Origin: an uncultured Chloroflexia bacterium
GTDB taxonomy: Bacteria; Chloroflexota; Limnocylindria; QHBO01
Direction: 5' to 3'
Length of the DNA: 64,000 nucleotides
Assembly (NCBI GenBank): GCA_963825525.1
Contig: CAWGTN010000002.1
Location: 1,920,001 to 1,984,000 of the forward strand
Shown here: one piece after another, positions 37,729-47,790 of the stretch
Position numbering within the stretch: the first letter of the stretch is position 1
Layout of the letters: each line of letters begins with the position of its first letter
The notes under the pieces: generated by a model
Seen by the model: only the letters and a program-made list of their open reading frames with translations
Told to the model about the DNA's origin: nothing
Database searches by the model: none
Translations under genes and position numbers: made by a program

Positions 37729-37983
37729 GCTCTCAAGGCTAGCGCAGCCACGTAATCTTGGTCTCTGCGTGTGGGAGGCAGGCGCCGTGGTCGACGCCTA
37801 CGTGTTGACGTGCGCGCTGCCGACCCGGTTGCTGCCCTCCAGCATGCGGTGGACACGGTCCGATTCGATCCCGCGCCGTAGCCGGCCAGCCCTTGGGCCT
37901 TGACAGCAGGAGTTCCATTGAGCTGACCCGCGGCAGCCCCGGGGCCGATCTGCGGAACACGAGCTGATGGGAGAAGACGCGCC

Positions 37984-39603
37984 GTGACTGAGAGAATCCG
38001 ACGATCCGCGAGCCCGGTGATCCTGCTCATGCTGCTGCTGGTGGCATCAGCCCTGGCCGCGCCGGTCAGCCTGGGCCGACAGCCGACGACGACCGCCGTT
38101 GCCGGAATCGACATCGATTCCACGACGATACCCGAGCTGCAGGCCCTGATGAACCGGCGCCGGCTCACGTCGATCCAGCTCACGCAGTTCTACCTGCATC
38201 GCATCAAGAAGCTCAATCCCGCGTTGAACGCGGTCATCACCGTGAACCCGAGCGCACTCGCCGAAGCGCGGGCCGCCGATCGTGCACGTCGCAACGGTGA
38301 CGCCCGGCCGCTGCTCGGCATGCCGATCATCGTGAAGGACAACATCAACACCACGGGTATGCCGACGACGGCCGGCTCGTGGTCGCTTGCGGGCAGCAGC
38401 CCGGCCGATGCGTTCATCATCGAGCGCCTCAAGGCGGCCGGCGCCATCATCCTCGCGAAGGCCAATCTGTCGGAGTGGGCAAATTTCCGATCGATCCCGT
38501 CGTCGAGCGGCTGGAGCGGTATCGGCGGCCAGACGAACATGGCCTACGTGCTCGACCGCAACCCGTGTGGCTCCAGCTCCGGATCGGCGGTCGCGGCGTC
38601 CGCCGACTTGGCCGTGGCCGCGGTCGGGACGGAGACGGACGGCTCCGTGGTCTGTCCCGCGGGCGCGAACGCCCTGGTCGGCATCAAGCCGACCGTCGGA
38701 CTCCTGAGTCGTGAGGGGATCGTGCCGCTCAGCGCGGATCAGGACACCGCGGGCCCGATGGCGCGCAACGTCACCGATGCGGCCGTGCTCCTGGGCGCCA
38801 TGACCGGCGTGGATCCCGCGGATCCGGCGACAGCCGGCCAGGTCGCGTTCAGCGACTACACCCAGTTCCTTGACGCCAACGCGCTCGCCGGTGCTCGGAT
38901 CGGGATCTGGCGCGATGGGACGTACATCTTCGACGGAACGGTCGTCGATGCCGATGTGGCGGCGATCATGGACGATACCGTCGCCTCGCTCACCGCGGCT
39001 GGGGCGACGGTCGTGGAGGTCGACCTGGCCATCGAGGACGCCTACGGACCGGAGTTCGACGCCCTGCTGTGCGAGTTCAAGTCGGACCTGCCCGCGTACT
39101 TCGAGACATACACCGGACCCGGCCACCCGAAGACGCTCCAGGACGTGATCGATTTCAACGAGGCCCATCCCGACCTCGAGGGGCCGTGGAACTCGGAGAT
39201 CTTCGTCCTGGCCGAGGAGACCGGAGGACGCGCCGATCCGGCCTGTGTGGATGCGCGCACCACGGCCGACGCCATTGCCGAGGCCTCGATCAACGACACG
39301 ATGGCTGCGTTCGACCTCGACGCGATCGTCGCGCCGACGAATGGACCGGCCTGGGTCACCGACCCGGTGAACGGCGATCTCGGCGGGGACTTCTCGCTCT
39401 TCATCGGCTCATCGACCCCGGCTGCGATCGCGGGGTACGCGAACGTCACGGTTCCCGCCGGTTATGTCGACGGGGCGTTGCCGATCGGCGTCTCCTTCTT
39501 CGCCGGAGCATGGGACGAGCCGACCCTGATCGGGTTGGCTTACGCATTCGAGCAGGCGACACGGGTTCGCTTCCCGCCTCAGTTCCTTCCAACCCTGGAC
39601 TAG
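37984..39603 (+). CDS. Secreted amidase-signature enzyme
   Basis: Signal peptide; VKDNI, KANLSEWAN, CGSSSGSA, GTETDGS, GIKPTVG. Confidence 0.9.
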   Translation: MTERIRRSASPVILLMLLLVASALAAPVSLGRQPTTTAVAGIDIDSTTIPELQALMNRRRLTSIQLTQFYLHRIKKLNPALNAVITVNPSALAEARAADRARRNGDARPLLGMPIIVKDNINTTGMPTTAGSWSLAGSSPADAFIIERLKAAGAIILAKANLSEWANFRSIPSSSGWSGIGGQTNMAYVLDRNPCGSSSGSAVAASADLAVAAVGTETDGSVVCPAGANALVGIKPTVGLLSREGIVPLSADQDTAGPMARNVTDAAVLLGAMTGVDPADPATAGQVAFSDYTQFLDANALAGARIGIWRDGTYIFDGTVVDADVAAIMDDTVASLTAAGATVVEVDLAIEDAYGPEFDALLCEFKSDLPAYFETYTGPGHPKTLQDVIDFNEAHPDLEGPWNSEIFVLAEETGGRADPACVDARTTADAIAEASINDTMAAFDLDAIVAPTNGPAWVTDPVNGDLGGDFSLFIGSSTPAAIAGYANVTVPAGYVDGALPIGVSFFAGAWDEPTLIGLAYAFEQATRVRFPPQFLPTLD

Positions 39604-39683
39604 CGACCGCGAATCACGCGTCACGCTCTGCGTGGGCGGCCCCTGATGGCTGCCCGCGCGGCGCGCGGCGCGCGGCGCCGACG

Positions 39684-40202
39684 CTACCAGCGCTCCTCGT
39701 GGACGAGCTCTTCGAGGGGCAGACGCCCTCCGGCGCGAGACGGCCGGGTCAGGACGGAGGCATCGGCCGGGTAGCCGAACGAGAGCAGGAAGTCGCAGCG
39801 CCGATCATCGGGCAGCCCAAGCAACCGATGCGCGAGGGCGTGGTCGTACACGGTGGCCGGGACGCTGCCGATGCCGAGCTCCCAGGCTGAAAGCACCATG
39901 CTTTGCGCCGCGCGCCCGCAGTCCCACATCACCGAATTGTTGTAGTGGTCGGACGCGTCGGGGGTCACGAGGGCGATCGCCAGCGTCGCGCCGGCGAGGT
40001 GGCCGGCGTAATGGCCGACGGCCGCGAGCTCTCGGAGATGGTCGCGATCGCGCACGACGACGAACGCCCAGTGCTGGTCGTTCTTCGAGCTCCCGGTGCG
40101 GCGCCCCGCGTTGAGGATGCGCTCGAGCTCGGTGGGCTCGATCGCACGCTCGGAGAACTCACGCACCACGCGCAGAGTGTTGATCGCCTGCCAGGTCTCC
40201 AT
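39684..40202 (-). CDS. Nitroreductase family protein
   Basis: RVVREF, GSSKNDQHWAF, DCGRAAQSM, FGYP. Confidence 0.88.
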   Translation of the reverse strand: METWQAINTLRVVREFSERAIEPTELERILNAGRRTGSSKNDQHWAFVVVRDRDHLRELAAVGHYAGHLAGATLAIALVTPDASDHYNNSVMWDCGRAAQSMVLSAWELGIGSVPATVYDHALAHRLLGLPDDRRCDFLLSFGYPADASVLTRPSRAGGRLPLEELVHEERW

Positions 40203-40275
40203 CGGCTCATCCTGCTCCTTGTTGTGGCGCAATGATCGCATCGGGCCGGACGGCAGAGCATGGCACCATGGGTCC

Positions 40276-41946
40276 ATGAGCTTTGCCCAGGCGCAGGACG
40301 CCTTTTTCGCCGACTTCTTCCGCCTCTATCCCGTTCATGCCACGAACGCGGGCAATCATGAGCACGACCATGCCTGGCCGGATCTGAGCGAGGCTGGGAT
40401 CGCGGAACGCCTGTCCTGGCTGACCGATGCGCGCACCCGGCTGGAGGCCGCCGACGGCCTCTCACGCGACGAGGAGATCGACCGGCGCGTTCTCCTGCGC
40501 GAGATCGATGCGTTGCGCTTTGACGAGGAGGACCTCGACGAAGCTTCGTGGAGCCCGATCGTCTACTCCTACCTGCTCGGTGGGGGGCTGTTCGCGCTCC
40601 TCTCGCGTGACTTCGCCCCACTGCCCGAGCGACTGGCGAGCGCGACGGGGCGGATGGAGGGGATCCCCGCGGTCCTCGACGCCGCACGCGCCAACCTGAC
40701 CTCGGGGCGCGGCCGAGCGGTCAGTGACTTCCACGTCGAGAAGGCGATCGCCACCATGCCCGGCGTCGCCGACCTGTGTCGGACTGCGGTCGAGATGGCC
40801 GCCGAGGCCGACCCTGACATCCGGGCCCGCGTCGAGGCGGCCGCTCAGCCGGCGATCGGCGCCGTGGACGCGTTCGTGGCCTGGATGCGCGATGACCTGC
40901 TCCCCACGGCCGACGGTGACGTCCGTCTGGGTCCCGACCTCTACCAGCGAAAGTTCCACCATGCGCTGAAGGCCACCATCTCTCCGTCGGACCTCGAGTC
41001 CCGGGCGGCATCGGCCTACGACGAGGTCAGGGCCGAGATGGCCCGCCTTGCCCGCGACCTGTGGCCGTCGCGCGTCGGGGATGAGCCGATGCCCGACGAC
41101 CCTGACAAGCTCACGCGCCGCGTGCTCGACGCAATCGCCGAGGACCACCCAGCGGCCGACGAGCTGCTCGACTACTGCCGGGCCGAGCACGAGAGGATCG
41201 AGGCGTTCATCCGGGAGCGCGACCTCATCGGCCTGGCGGACGATCCACTCCAGATCATCTGGACGCCGCCGTTCCTGCGCGCCTTCGGCGGCGCGATGCT
41301 CATTCCGCCGGGGCCGCTCGACAAGGGCCTCGACAGCTTCTTCGCCATCACGCCGCCGAACCCCGAGTGGAGCGACGAGCAGGTGGAGTCGATGTTGCGC
41401 GAGAACAACGCCCGCGCCCTGCGCATCCTCACGATTCACGAGGCGGTCCCGGGCCACTACCTCCAGCTCGCCTGGTCGAACCGGTGCGACTCGCTGCCAC
41501 GGGCCGTGTTCGCGTCGGGCGTCTTTGCCGAGGGCTGGGCGGTGTATACGACGCAGGTCATGATGGACGTCGGATACGGAGCCGATGATCCCGCGTTGAT
41601 GCTGTCGCACTGGAAGTACTTCCTGCGCGCCGTCACCAACACCCTGATGGACATTCGCATCCACACCGGGGAGATGACCGAGGACGAGGCCATGACGATG
41701 ATGGTCGAGGGCGGCTTCCAGGAGCGATCCGAGGCCACCGAGAAGTGGGCTCGCGCCCGACTCTCATCGACGCAGCTGTGCGAGTACTACCTCGGTTCGG
41801 TGGAGATGACCGAGCTCGAGCGCGAGGCGCGACGGCGGGCCGAGGCGGATGGTCGCGAATTCGCGTGGCGTCCGTTCCTGGAGTCGGTGATCGGCCACGG
41901 CACGCCGCCGATGCCGGTCATCCGCGACATCCTGTACGGCGACTAG
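40276..41946 (+). CDS. DUF885 family protein
   Basis: HEAVPGHYLQ, FAEGWAVY, DIRIH, STQLCEY. Confidence 0.88.
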   Translation: MSFAQAQDAFFADFFRLYPVHATNAGNHEHDHAWPDLSEAGIAERLSWLTDARTRLEAADGLSRDEEIDRRVLLREIDALRFDEEDLDEASWSPIVYSYLLGGGLFALLSRDFAPLPERLASATGRMEGIPAVLDAARANLTSGRGRAVSDFHVEKAIATMPGVADLCRTAVEMAAEADPDIRARVEAAAQPAIGAVDAFVAWMRDDLLPTADGDVRLGPDLYQRKFHHALKATISPSDLESRAASAYDEVRAEMARLARDLWPSRVGDEPMPDDPDKLTRRVLDAIAEDHPAADELLDYCRAEHERIEAFIRERDLIGLADDPLQIIWTPPFLRAFGGAMLIPPGPLDKGLDSFFAITPPNPEWSDEQVESMLRENNARALRILTIHEAVPGHYLQLAWSNRCDSLPRAVFASGVFAEGWAVYTTQVMMDVGYGADDPALMLSHWKYFLRAVTNTLMDIRIHTGEMTEDEAMTMMVEGGFQERSEATEKWARARLSSTQLCEYYLGSVEMTELEREARRRAEADGREFAWRPFLESVIGHGTPPMPVIRDILYGD

Positions 41947-43121
41947 GGGAGCTCCGCAAGCTCCAGCAGCGACCTCCCGCCGTTCGGATGGGCGGTCAGG
42001 ATGGCGCCGAGGTCCACGTGGCTGCGGTTGACGAGCACCGCGATCGTGACGTCGGACTCGGGGATGTGCCACAGCATGCTGGTGTACGTGTTGAGGAGTC
42101 CCGTGTGCCCGAAGCCGACGGCATCGGCCAGCTGGATTCGCTGCACGCCGAGGCCGTAGTCGTGGTCGTTGACCTTCTCCATCGCCGCGAGTGACGATGG
42201 CTGGAGCAGCTCGCCGCCGTACAGCGTGTCACCCCAGCGCGCGAGATCGGCGGCCGATGCGCTCATGGCGCCCGATCCCCAGAAGATCGTGGCCCACGCT
42301 GGCGAGAGAAGCCCTCCATCGTCCGCCGCGCCGGTCAGGAGTCGCGTCCGCTCGAGCCCCATCGGCCCCAGGAAGCGGCGTGAGAGCTCGTCGGCCAGCG
42401 TCGACCCGGTGACCCGCTCGACGATGAGGCCGAGCAGGAAGTAGTTGGTGTTCGCGTATGCCCAGCCCTCGCCGGGCCGATACCAGGGTGCATGGATGCT
42501 GCCCAGCACGTCCGCTCCAGCCCACGCGAGCTCCGGATGCTCCTCGAGCCCACGCCGCGTCGTGTCATTGAAGACGTCCGCGATGCCGCTCGTGTGGTCG
42601 AGCAGCTGGCGAATGGTGATGCTCCGGTCGAAGCCCCGCAGCTCGGGGAGGCGGCTGCGAAGCGTGTCGTCGAGCTCCAGGCGTCCCTCCTCCACGAGCT
42701 GCAGGATCGCGGCGGCCACGAACGTCTTGGTGACGGATCCGATCACGAACGCGTCGTCGGCCGACAGGGCCGTGGTCGCGTCCCTGGCCCGTCCGGACAC
42801 GCCACTCCACAGCAGATCGCCGTCCCGGACCGCCGCGAAGGCAATCCCGTGTGCGCTGGCGGCCGCGCGCGCGGCATCCAGTGCCGCGGCATAGGCGACG
42901 GGATCCCCACGGACGGGAGCCAGGGGCCGAATCGGATCCGCCGTATCTAGCGGATGAACCTGGGGCGGAGGCAGCTTCGCGCCGATGAGGTCGATCGGCG
43001 TCGGTCCGCCTCGCGGCGGCTCTCCGGCATTGAGGGGCGCCAGGGTCAGGTCCGGGGAGAGAAAGACGAGCAGCGACAGCAGAATGCCGGCGAGCGGCGC
43101 CCGCAACCGGGGGAGCCGCAT
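41943..43121 (-). CDS. Serine hydrolase, beta-lactamase/DD-peptidase family
   Basis: SVTK (SxxK), LLDHTSG, YANTNY, GHTG; signal peptide. Confidence 0.88.
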   Translation of the reverse strand: MRLPRLRAPLAGILLSLLVFLSPDLTLAPLNAGEPPRGGPTPIDLIGAKLPPPQVHPLDTADPIRPLAPVRGDPVAYAAALDAARAAASAHGIAFAAVRDGDLLWSGVSGRARDATTALSADDAFVIGSVTKTFVAAAILQLVEEGRLELDDTLRSRLPELRGFDRSITIRQLLDHTSGIADVFNDTTRRGLEEHPELAWAGADVLGSIHAPWYRPGEGWAYANTNYFLLGLIVERVTGSTLADELSRRFLGPMGLERTRLLTGAADDGGLLSPAWATIFWGSGAMSASAADLARWGDTLYGGELLQPSSLAAMEKVNDHDYGLGVQRIQLADAVGFGHTGLLNTYTSMLWHIPESDVTIAVLVNRSHVDLGAILTAHPNGGRSLLELAELP

Positions 43122-43248
43122 TCGGCGCCGCCCCTCGCGCTTGTGAATAGCTCGGGCCTGTTGCATCGAAATCCTCGTGCCTCGCAGATCATGGCGCATC
43201 GTCGGTCGCGGCTCAACCGAAATCGACTTGCCTGCCGCCACGCGTTTT

Positions 43249-43263
43249 GTTAGCATTGCTAAC
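43249..43263. promoter_or_regulatory. Perfect 7-1-7 palindrome GTTAGCA-T-TGCTAAC overlapping a -10 box
   Basis: Ends 2 nt before the GTG of the MFS gene; contains TAGCAT. Confidence 0.65.
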
Positions 43264-43265
43264 TA

Positions 43266-44630
43266 GTGACGATTCCCCGACTCTTCCCGCGTCCTGGACG
43301 CCGCCCCGATCGGGCGGCGTCGCTGCCGCGCGCTCGCGGCGGAGGATTCGCGCGCGGATTCGTCGCAATGCGGCATCGGAACTATCGGATCTACTGGTTC
43401 GGCCAGATGGGCAGCCTCGTCGGGGCGTGGATGCAGTCGGTCGCGCTGCCGTGGCTCGTGCTCGAGCTGGGCGGCTCGCCCCTCCAGCTCGGCGCGGTGC
43501 TGGCGCTCATGTTCGCCCCGTCGATGTTCCTGGCCCCGCTCGGCGGAGTGCTTGCCGACCGGGTCGACAAGCGTCGAGTGCTCATGATCGTGAACGCGGT
43601 TGCCATGGTCCAGGCCGGACTGCTCTTCGGGCTGGCGGCCAGCGGCGTGGTCGAGGTCTGGCACATCTACCTGTTGGCGCTGCTCGCCGGGTTCGTCAAC
43701 GCGATCGAGATGCCCGTTCGGCAGGCCTTCGCTGCCGAGCTCGTACCCCAGGAAGATCTCGTCAACGCGATCGCCCTGAACTCCACGAGCTTCAACCTGT
43801 CGCGTGTCATCGGCCCGGCCATCGCCGGCGTGACGATTGCCGTATTCGGCGTGGCCATCAACTTCGGCATCAACACGGTCAGCTACCTGTCGGTCCTCAT
43901 CGGGCTCTGGATGCTGGACGGCAGCACGCTGCGCCGAATCGAGCGACCCACCCGGTTTCCATCCGTCCGCTCCAGCCTGGCCGAAGGGTTCCGGTACGCG
44001 CGCGCCACGCCGACCGTGCTGTGGCCGCTCGTGCTGCTGGGCGGGATGGCAGCCTTCGCCATGAACTTCCAGACGCTCCTGCCGCTCTTCACGCGGAACG
44101 CCCTGGCCCTCGACTCGGGCGGCTACGGCGCGCTCTTTGCCGCAATGGGCGCCGGCTCGCTGGTCGGCTCCCTGATCCTGGCATTCATCACCTCGCAACG
44201 GCCGATGCTGACGCTCATCCTGGGTGGGGGAGCGGCGTTCGTCGCCCTCGAGATGGCCCTCGGCTTCGTCCGCTCGCCGCTCCTCGCCTTCCCGCTGGTG
44301 GCGGGCATCGGCCTGGCCTCGATGCTCATGGTCAACACGATCAACGTCACCATCCAGAACAGCGTCCCGGACGTGCTCCGCGGCCGCGTGATGTCGCTGT
44401 ACGTGATGGTCTTCGCCGGAACGGCGCCCATCGGCGGCCTGTTCGCGGGTGCCATGGCCGAGGCGTTCGGCGCCGCATTCGCGATCAGCTTCGGGGCGCT
44501 GCTGGCGGTCGGCGTCCTGGTGCTGGTCGCCCTCCGTCTGCGGACCGTCGCCATGCCGGATCAGGCCATTGGAACCGAACCTGCACCGTCCGATGCGCCA
44601 CCCCGCGGAGTGGCCAGCCGGGCCGCGTGA
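43266..44630 (+). CDS. MFS transporter (MFS_3-like)
   Basis: RNYRIYW, GVLADRVDKRR, NAIALNS, LRGRVMS. Confidence 0.92.
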   Translation: MTIPRLFPRPGRRPDRAASLPRARGGGFARGFVAMRHRNYRIYWFGQMGSLVGAWMQSVALPWLVLELGGSPLQLGAVLALMFAPSMFLAPLGGVLADRVDKRRVLMIVNAVAMVQAGLLFGLAASGVVEVWHIYLLALLAGFVNAIEMPVRQAFAAELVPQEDLVNAIALNSTSFNLSRVIGPAIAGVTIAVFGVAINFGINTVSYLSVLIGLWMLDGSTLRRIERPTRFPSVRSSLAEGFRYARATPTVLWPLVLLGGMAAFAMNFQTLLPLFTRNALALDSGGYGALFAAMGAGSLVGSLILAFITSQRPMLTLILGGGAAFVALEMALGFVRSPLLAFPLVAGIGLASMLMVNTINVTIQNSVPDVLRGRVMSLYVMVFAGTAPIGGLFAGAMAEAFGAAFAISFGALLAVGVLVLVALRLRTVAMPDQAIGTEPAPSDAPPRGVASRAA

Positions 44631-44647
44631 CGCCGGGCCGCAGGGTG

Positions 44648-44662
44648 GTTAGCATGAGCAAC
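44648..44662. promoter_or_regulatory. Putative operator GTTAGCATGAGCAAC
   Basis: Lies between the tandem MFS genes; matches the 43249 box. Confidence 0.55.
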
Positions 44663-44680
44663 TTCCCGGAGATCTGAACC

Positions 44681-46084
44681 GTGGCCAGCACCCCGTCCGG
44701 TGGACGTCCAGACCAGCCCCGACCGTTGCCGATCCGTGCGGCAGGAGGCGGGCTGCGCCGCGGTTTCGCGTCGCTCTCCGTACGGAACTACCGCCTCTAC
44801 TGGTCCGGCCAGGTGGTCTCGCTCATCGGCACCTGGATGCAGCAGGTCAGCCTGCCGTGGCTGATCCTGGCGCTCGGCGGCTCGCCGATCCAGCTTGGCT
44901 TCGTGGCCGTGCTGCAGTTCGGCCCCGCCATGTTCCTTGCCCCATTCGGGGGCGTCATCGCCGATCGCATCGACAAGCGTCACGCTCTGATTGCAACACA
45001 GGCCGCCGCCAGCCTCCAGGCACTGATCCTGTTCGGCCTGGTCGTCACCGGAGTCGTCGAGATTCCGATGGTGATGGCCATGGCCCTGGTCCTGGGGCTC
45101 ATCAACGCCGTCGACATGCCGATGCGCCAGGCGCTCGCCGCCGACCTCGTGCCACGGAACCTGCTGCCGAACGCCATTGCGCTCAACTCGATGGCGTTCA
45201 ACTCCGCACGCGTCGTGGGTCCGGCACTCGCCGGGGTGATCATTGCTGCAGGCACGGCGGCAACCGGGTCAGCGCTGGCCGGCATCGCCATCAACCTGGC
45301 GGTCAACACGCTGACATACGCCGGCGTCCTCACCGCCCTGGTGCGGATGGACCCGACCGCCATCCGTCGCATGGAGCGGCCGGAACGGCACCCGCCGGTG
45401 CTGGAGAGCCTGCGCGAAGGGTTCACCCATGCCGTGCGAACCCCGCTCGTGCTGTGGTCGCTCGTCCTCCTCGGGGGCATCGCGGCGTTCGGCTTCAACT
45501 TCCAGATCCTGCTGCCGCTGTTCGCCACCGAGGTCCTGCACCTGGATGCCGACGGCTACGGCGCCCTGTTCGCCGCCATGGGCGTCGGATCACTGGCGGG
45601 TTCCCTGACCCTGGCGGTCATGCGGCGGCGACGCGCGATCCCGCTCATGCTCGGCGGCGGCCTGCTGTTCTCGCTGCTGCTCATCGGCATTGCGGCCTCC
45701 GGCACCGTGTGGATTGCCGTGCCCCTCGTCCTGGCGGCCGGCTACTTCAGCATGCTCATGATCAACACGATCAACGCCACCGTTCAGGCCAACGTCACCG
45801 ATGCGCTGCGCGGCCGGGTGATGAGCTTCTACGTGACCGTGTTCGCCGGATCCGCTCCGCTGGGTGGCCTGCTGGCCGGAGCCGTTGCCGAGGGGTGGGG
45901 CACGCCCGCAGCCTTCGTGACCGGGGCCGTGCTCTCGATGATCACCGTCGCCGTGGTTGCGGTGGGGCTGCGCCTGGCGTACCGCGACGGCACCCTGGGC
46001 GTGACCACGCTCGACACGTCGTCCGAGCCGGCCGCCGGGGTCGCACGCGGCGCGAAGGCCGCGCGACCGTCAGCGGCGCGCTGA
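44681..46084 (+). CDS. MFS transporter, tandem paralogue
   Basis: RNYRLYW, GVIADRIDKR, NAIALNS, LRGRVMS. Confidence 0.92.
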   Translation: MASTPSGGRPDQPRPLPIRAAGGGLRRGFASLSVRNYRLYWSGQVVSLIGTWMQQVSLPWLILALGGSPIQLGFVAVLQFGPAMFLAPFGGVIADRIDKRHALIATQAAASLQALILFGLVVTGVVEIPMVMAMALVLGLINAVDMPMRQALAADLVPRNLLPNAIALNSMAFNSARVVGPALAGVIIAAGTAATGSALAGIAINLAVNTLTYAGVLTALVRMDPTAIRRMERPERHPPVLESLREGFTHAVRTPLVLWSLVLLGGIAAFGFNFQILLPLFATEVLHLDADGYGALFAAMGVGSLAGSLTLAVMRRRRAIPLMLGGGLLFSLLLIGIAASGTVWIAVPLVLAAGYFSMLMINTINATVQANVTDALRGRVMSFYVTVFAGSAPLGGLLAGAVAEGWGTPAAFVTGAVLSMITVAVVAVGLRLAYRDGTLGVTTLDTSSEPAAGVARGAKAARPSAAR

Positions 46085-46576
46085 GTGGCTGGGGAGGAGG
46101 ACCTGGAGCTCCTCGAGCGCGGCGGCGACGCCGGCGCGACGTTCCTCCGGGATCGGCTCAAGGAGGTCGTGGGCTGCCTGCAGCAGGTCCTGGCGCATGG
46201 CACGTGCCTGGCGTCGACCGGTGGGCGTGGGCGCCAGCAGCACGGCGCGCTTGTCGTTCGGGTCGGTGTGACGCTCGACAAGCCCGGCGTCGGCCAGGGT
46301 GCCCGCCAACCGCGTCACCACCGGCGCCGTGACCATCAGCCGTCGGGCGACCTCCGCCTGGGGCTGGGGGCCCATGGTGTCGACGATGCGCAGGACGTTG
46401 TACTGCTGGTAGGTGAGCTCGCCCCACGTCTGGCGCCTTCGCGCGTGCGCCACGAGATGGCGCATCACGGGGCCGACCGTACCGATCAGGCTTGCCTCGA
46501 GGCTCGGGAGCTCGGGCGCGGGCGGATCACTGATGCGCGGCTTGCGCGAACGGACCGCGGGGGCTTTGGGGGCCAT
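46070..46576 (-). CDS. MarR-family regulator
   Basis: LTYQQYNVL, AEVARRL..PVVTR, GLVER..DPNDKR, TPTG; TACGAT box upstream. Confidence 0.88.
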   Translation of the reverse strand: MAPKAPAVRSRKPRISDPPAPELPSLEASLIGTVGPVMRHLVAHARRRQTWGELTYQQYNVLRIVDTMGPQPQAEVARRLMVTAPVVTRLAGTLADAGLVERHTDPNDKRAVLLAPTPTGRRQARAMRQDLLQAAHDLLEPIPEERRAGVAAALEELQVLLPSHSARR

Positions 46577-46580
46577 GGGC

Positions 46581-47789
46581 ATGGATCGTAGCAGTCCCAC
46601 GCGGGCGCGGCTGACGCTCCTCCTGCTGTCGGTCGCCCACGGCGCCATTCACGCGCAGTCGGCGCTGATGCCGCTCGTGTATCCGATCGTGATCGTCGAG
46701 TACGGGCTCAACGCGCGGGACATCGGCACGTTCATCGCCATCACGACCGCCGTCGGCGGCTCGATGCAGCTCGGGTACGGGTTCCTGACGCGGTATGTCG
46801 CGCGGCCGACCCTGCTGGCAGGCGGACAGCTCCTGTTCGGCACGAGCCTCGTCATCGGCGGCCTGTCCCAGTCGATCGTCCAGCTGCTCGGCGCGATCAG
46901 TGCGGCCCGCATCGGTGCCAGCCCCCAGCATCCGGTGGGCAACGCGCTCATCTCGGACGTCTATCCCGCGCAACGGCGTGGCTTCGCGATCAGCGCCCAT
47001 ATCAGTGGCGGGAACATCGGCACCATCGTCGTCCCATTCGTGGGCGGGGCACTGCTGCTCTCCATCGGCTGGCAGGCGACCCTTGCCCTGTTCGGCATCC
47101 CGGCCCTGATCATGGGCGTGCTCATCGCCATCTTCGTCCGCGAGGATCACGCCGATTATCGACGTCGCGCTCGTGCATCGGGATCGGTGCGACAGCACCT
47201 GGGCGAGGTCCTGGGCCGCGGCGACCTTCGGCTCATCCTGGGCGCCTCGCTGGTGGCGGCCGGCGGACGGGGCCTCGACATCGTCGCGCCGTTCATGGTG
47301 CTCTACCTGACCGGCTCTCTCGGCTTCGACGAGGGCACGGTGACACTGCTCTACGCCCTGCTGTTGGTCGGGGCGGTTGTCGGGCCGGTCATGGCGGGGA
47401 TGCTGTCCGACCGGTTCGGACGCCGGCCGACCCTCATCGCCTACTACCTGGCGTCGGCCGTCGGGATCCTCGCGTTCCTGGCCGCCGGCGCGAACCTGTT
47501 CTTCCTGATCCCGGTGCTCCTGCCGTTCGGCACGGCGGTCTTCAGCGAGTCACCGATTCTCCAGGCGTACCTTGCCGACCGTGCCGTCGGGCCGATTCGC
47601 GACGTCGCGTTCGCGGTGTACTTCACGGTCGCGTTCGGCATCGGCGCGGTATGGGCATTCGTCATCGGCTTCGTGGCCAATGCGGTGGGCTACCCGGCCG
47701 CGTTCACGATCATGGCGGCCTCGTATGTCGCTGCAGCTGGCCTGCTGCTGGCCGTGCGGGACCACGGCCGGAAGCTCGACCCCGCCTGA
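46581..47789 (+). CDS. MFS transporter
   Basis: 12-TM pattern; QHPVG, RRGFAISAH, GMLSDRFGRR. Confidence 0.88.
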   Translation: MDRSSPTRARLTLLLLSVAHGAIHAQSALMPLVYPIVIVEYGLNARDIGTFIAITTAVGGSMQLGYGFLTRYVARPTLLAGGQLLFGTSLVIGGLSQSIVQLLGAISAARIGASPQHPVGNALISDVYPAQRRGFAISAHISGGNIGTIVVPFVGGALLLSIGWQATLALFGIPALIMGVLIAIFVREDHADYRRRARASGSVRQHLGEVLGRGDLRLILGASLVAAGGRGLDIVAPFMVLYLTGSLGFDEGTVTLLYALLLVGAVVGPVMAGMLSDRFGRRPTLIAYYLASAVGILAFLAAGANLFFLIPVLLPFGTAVFSESPILQAYLADRAVGPIRDVAFAVYFTVAFGIGAVWAFVIGFVANAVGYPAAFTIMAASYVAAAGLLLAVRDHGRKLDPA

Positions 47790-47790
47790 A

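Noticed and set aside
37729-37983. ncRNA or T-box upstream of alaX
   Set aside because: alaX appears leaderless (TAGCCT 7 nt upstream) and no T-box motif is visible.
39684-40202. Nitroreductase as the dehydro-F420 reductase FbiE
   Set aside because: It is 14 kb from the cof genes and shows only generic nitroreductase motifs.
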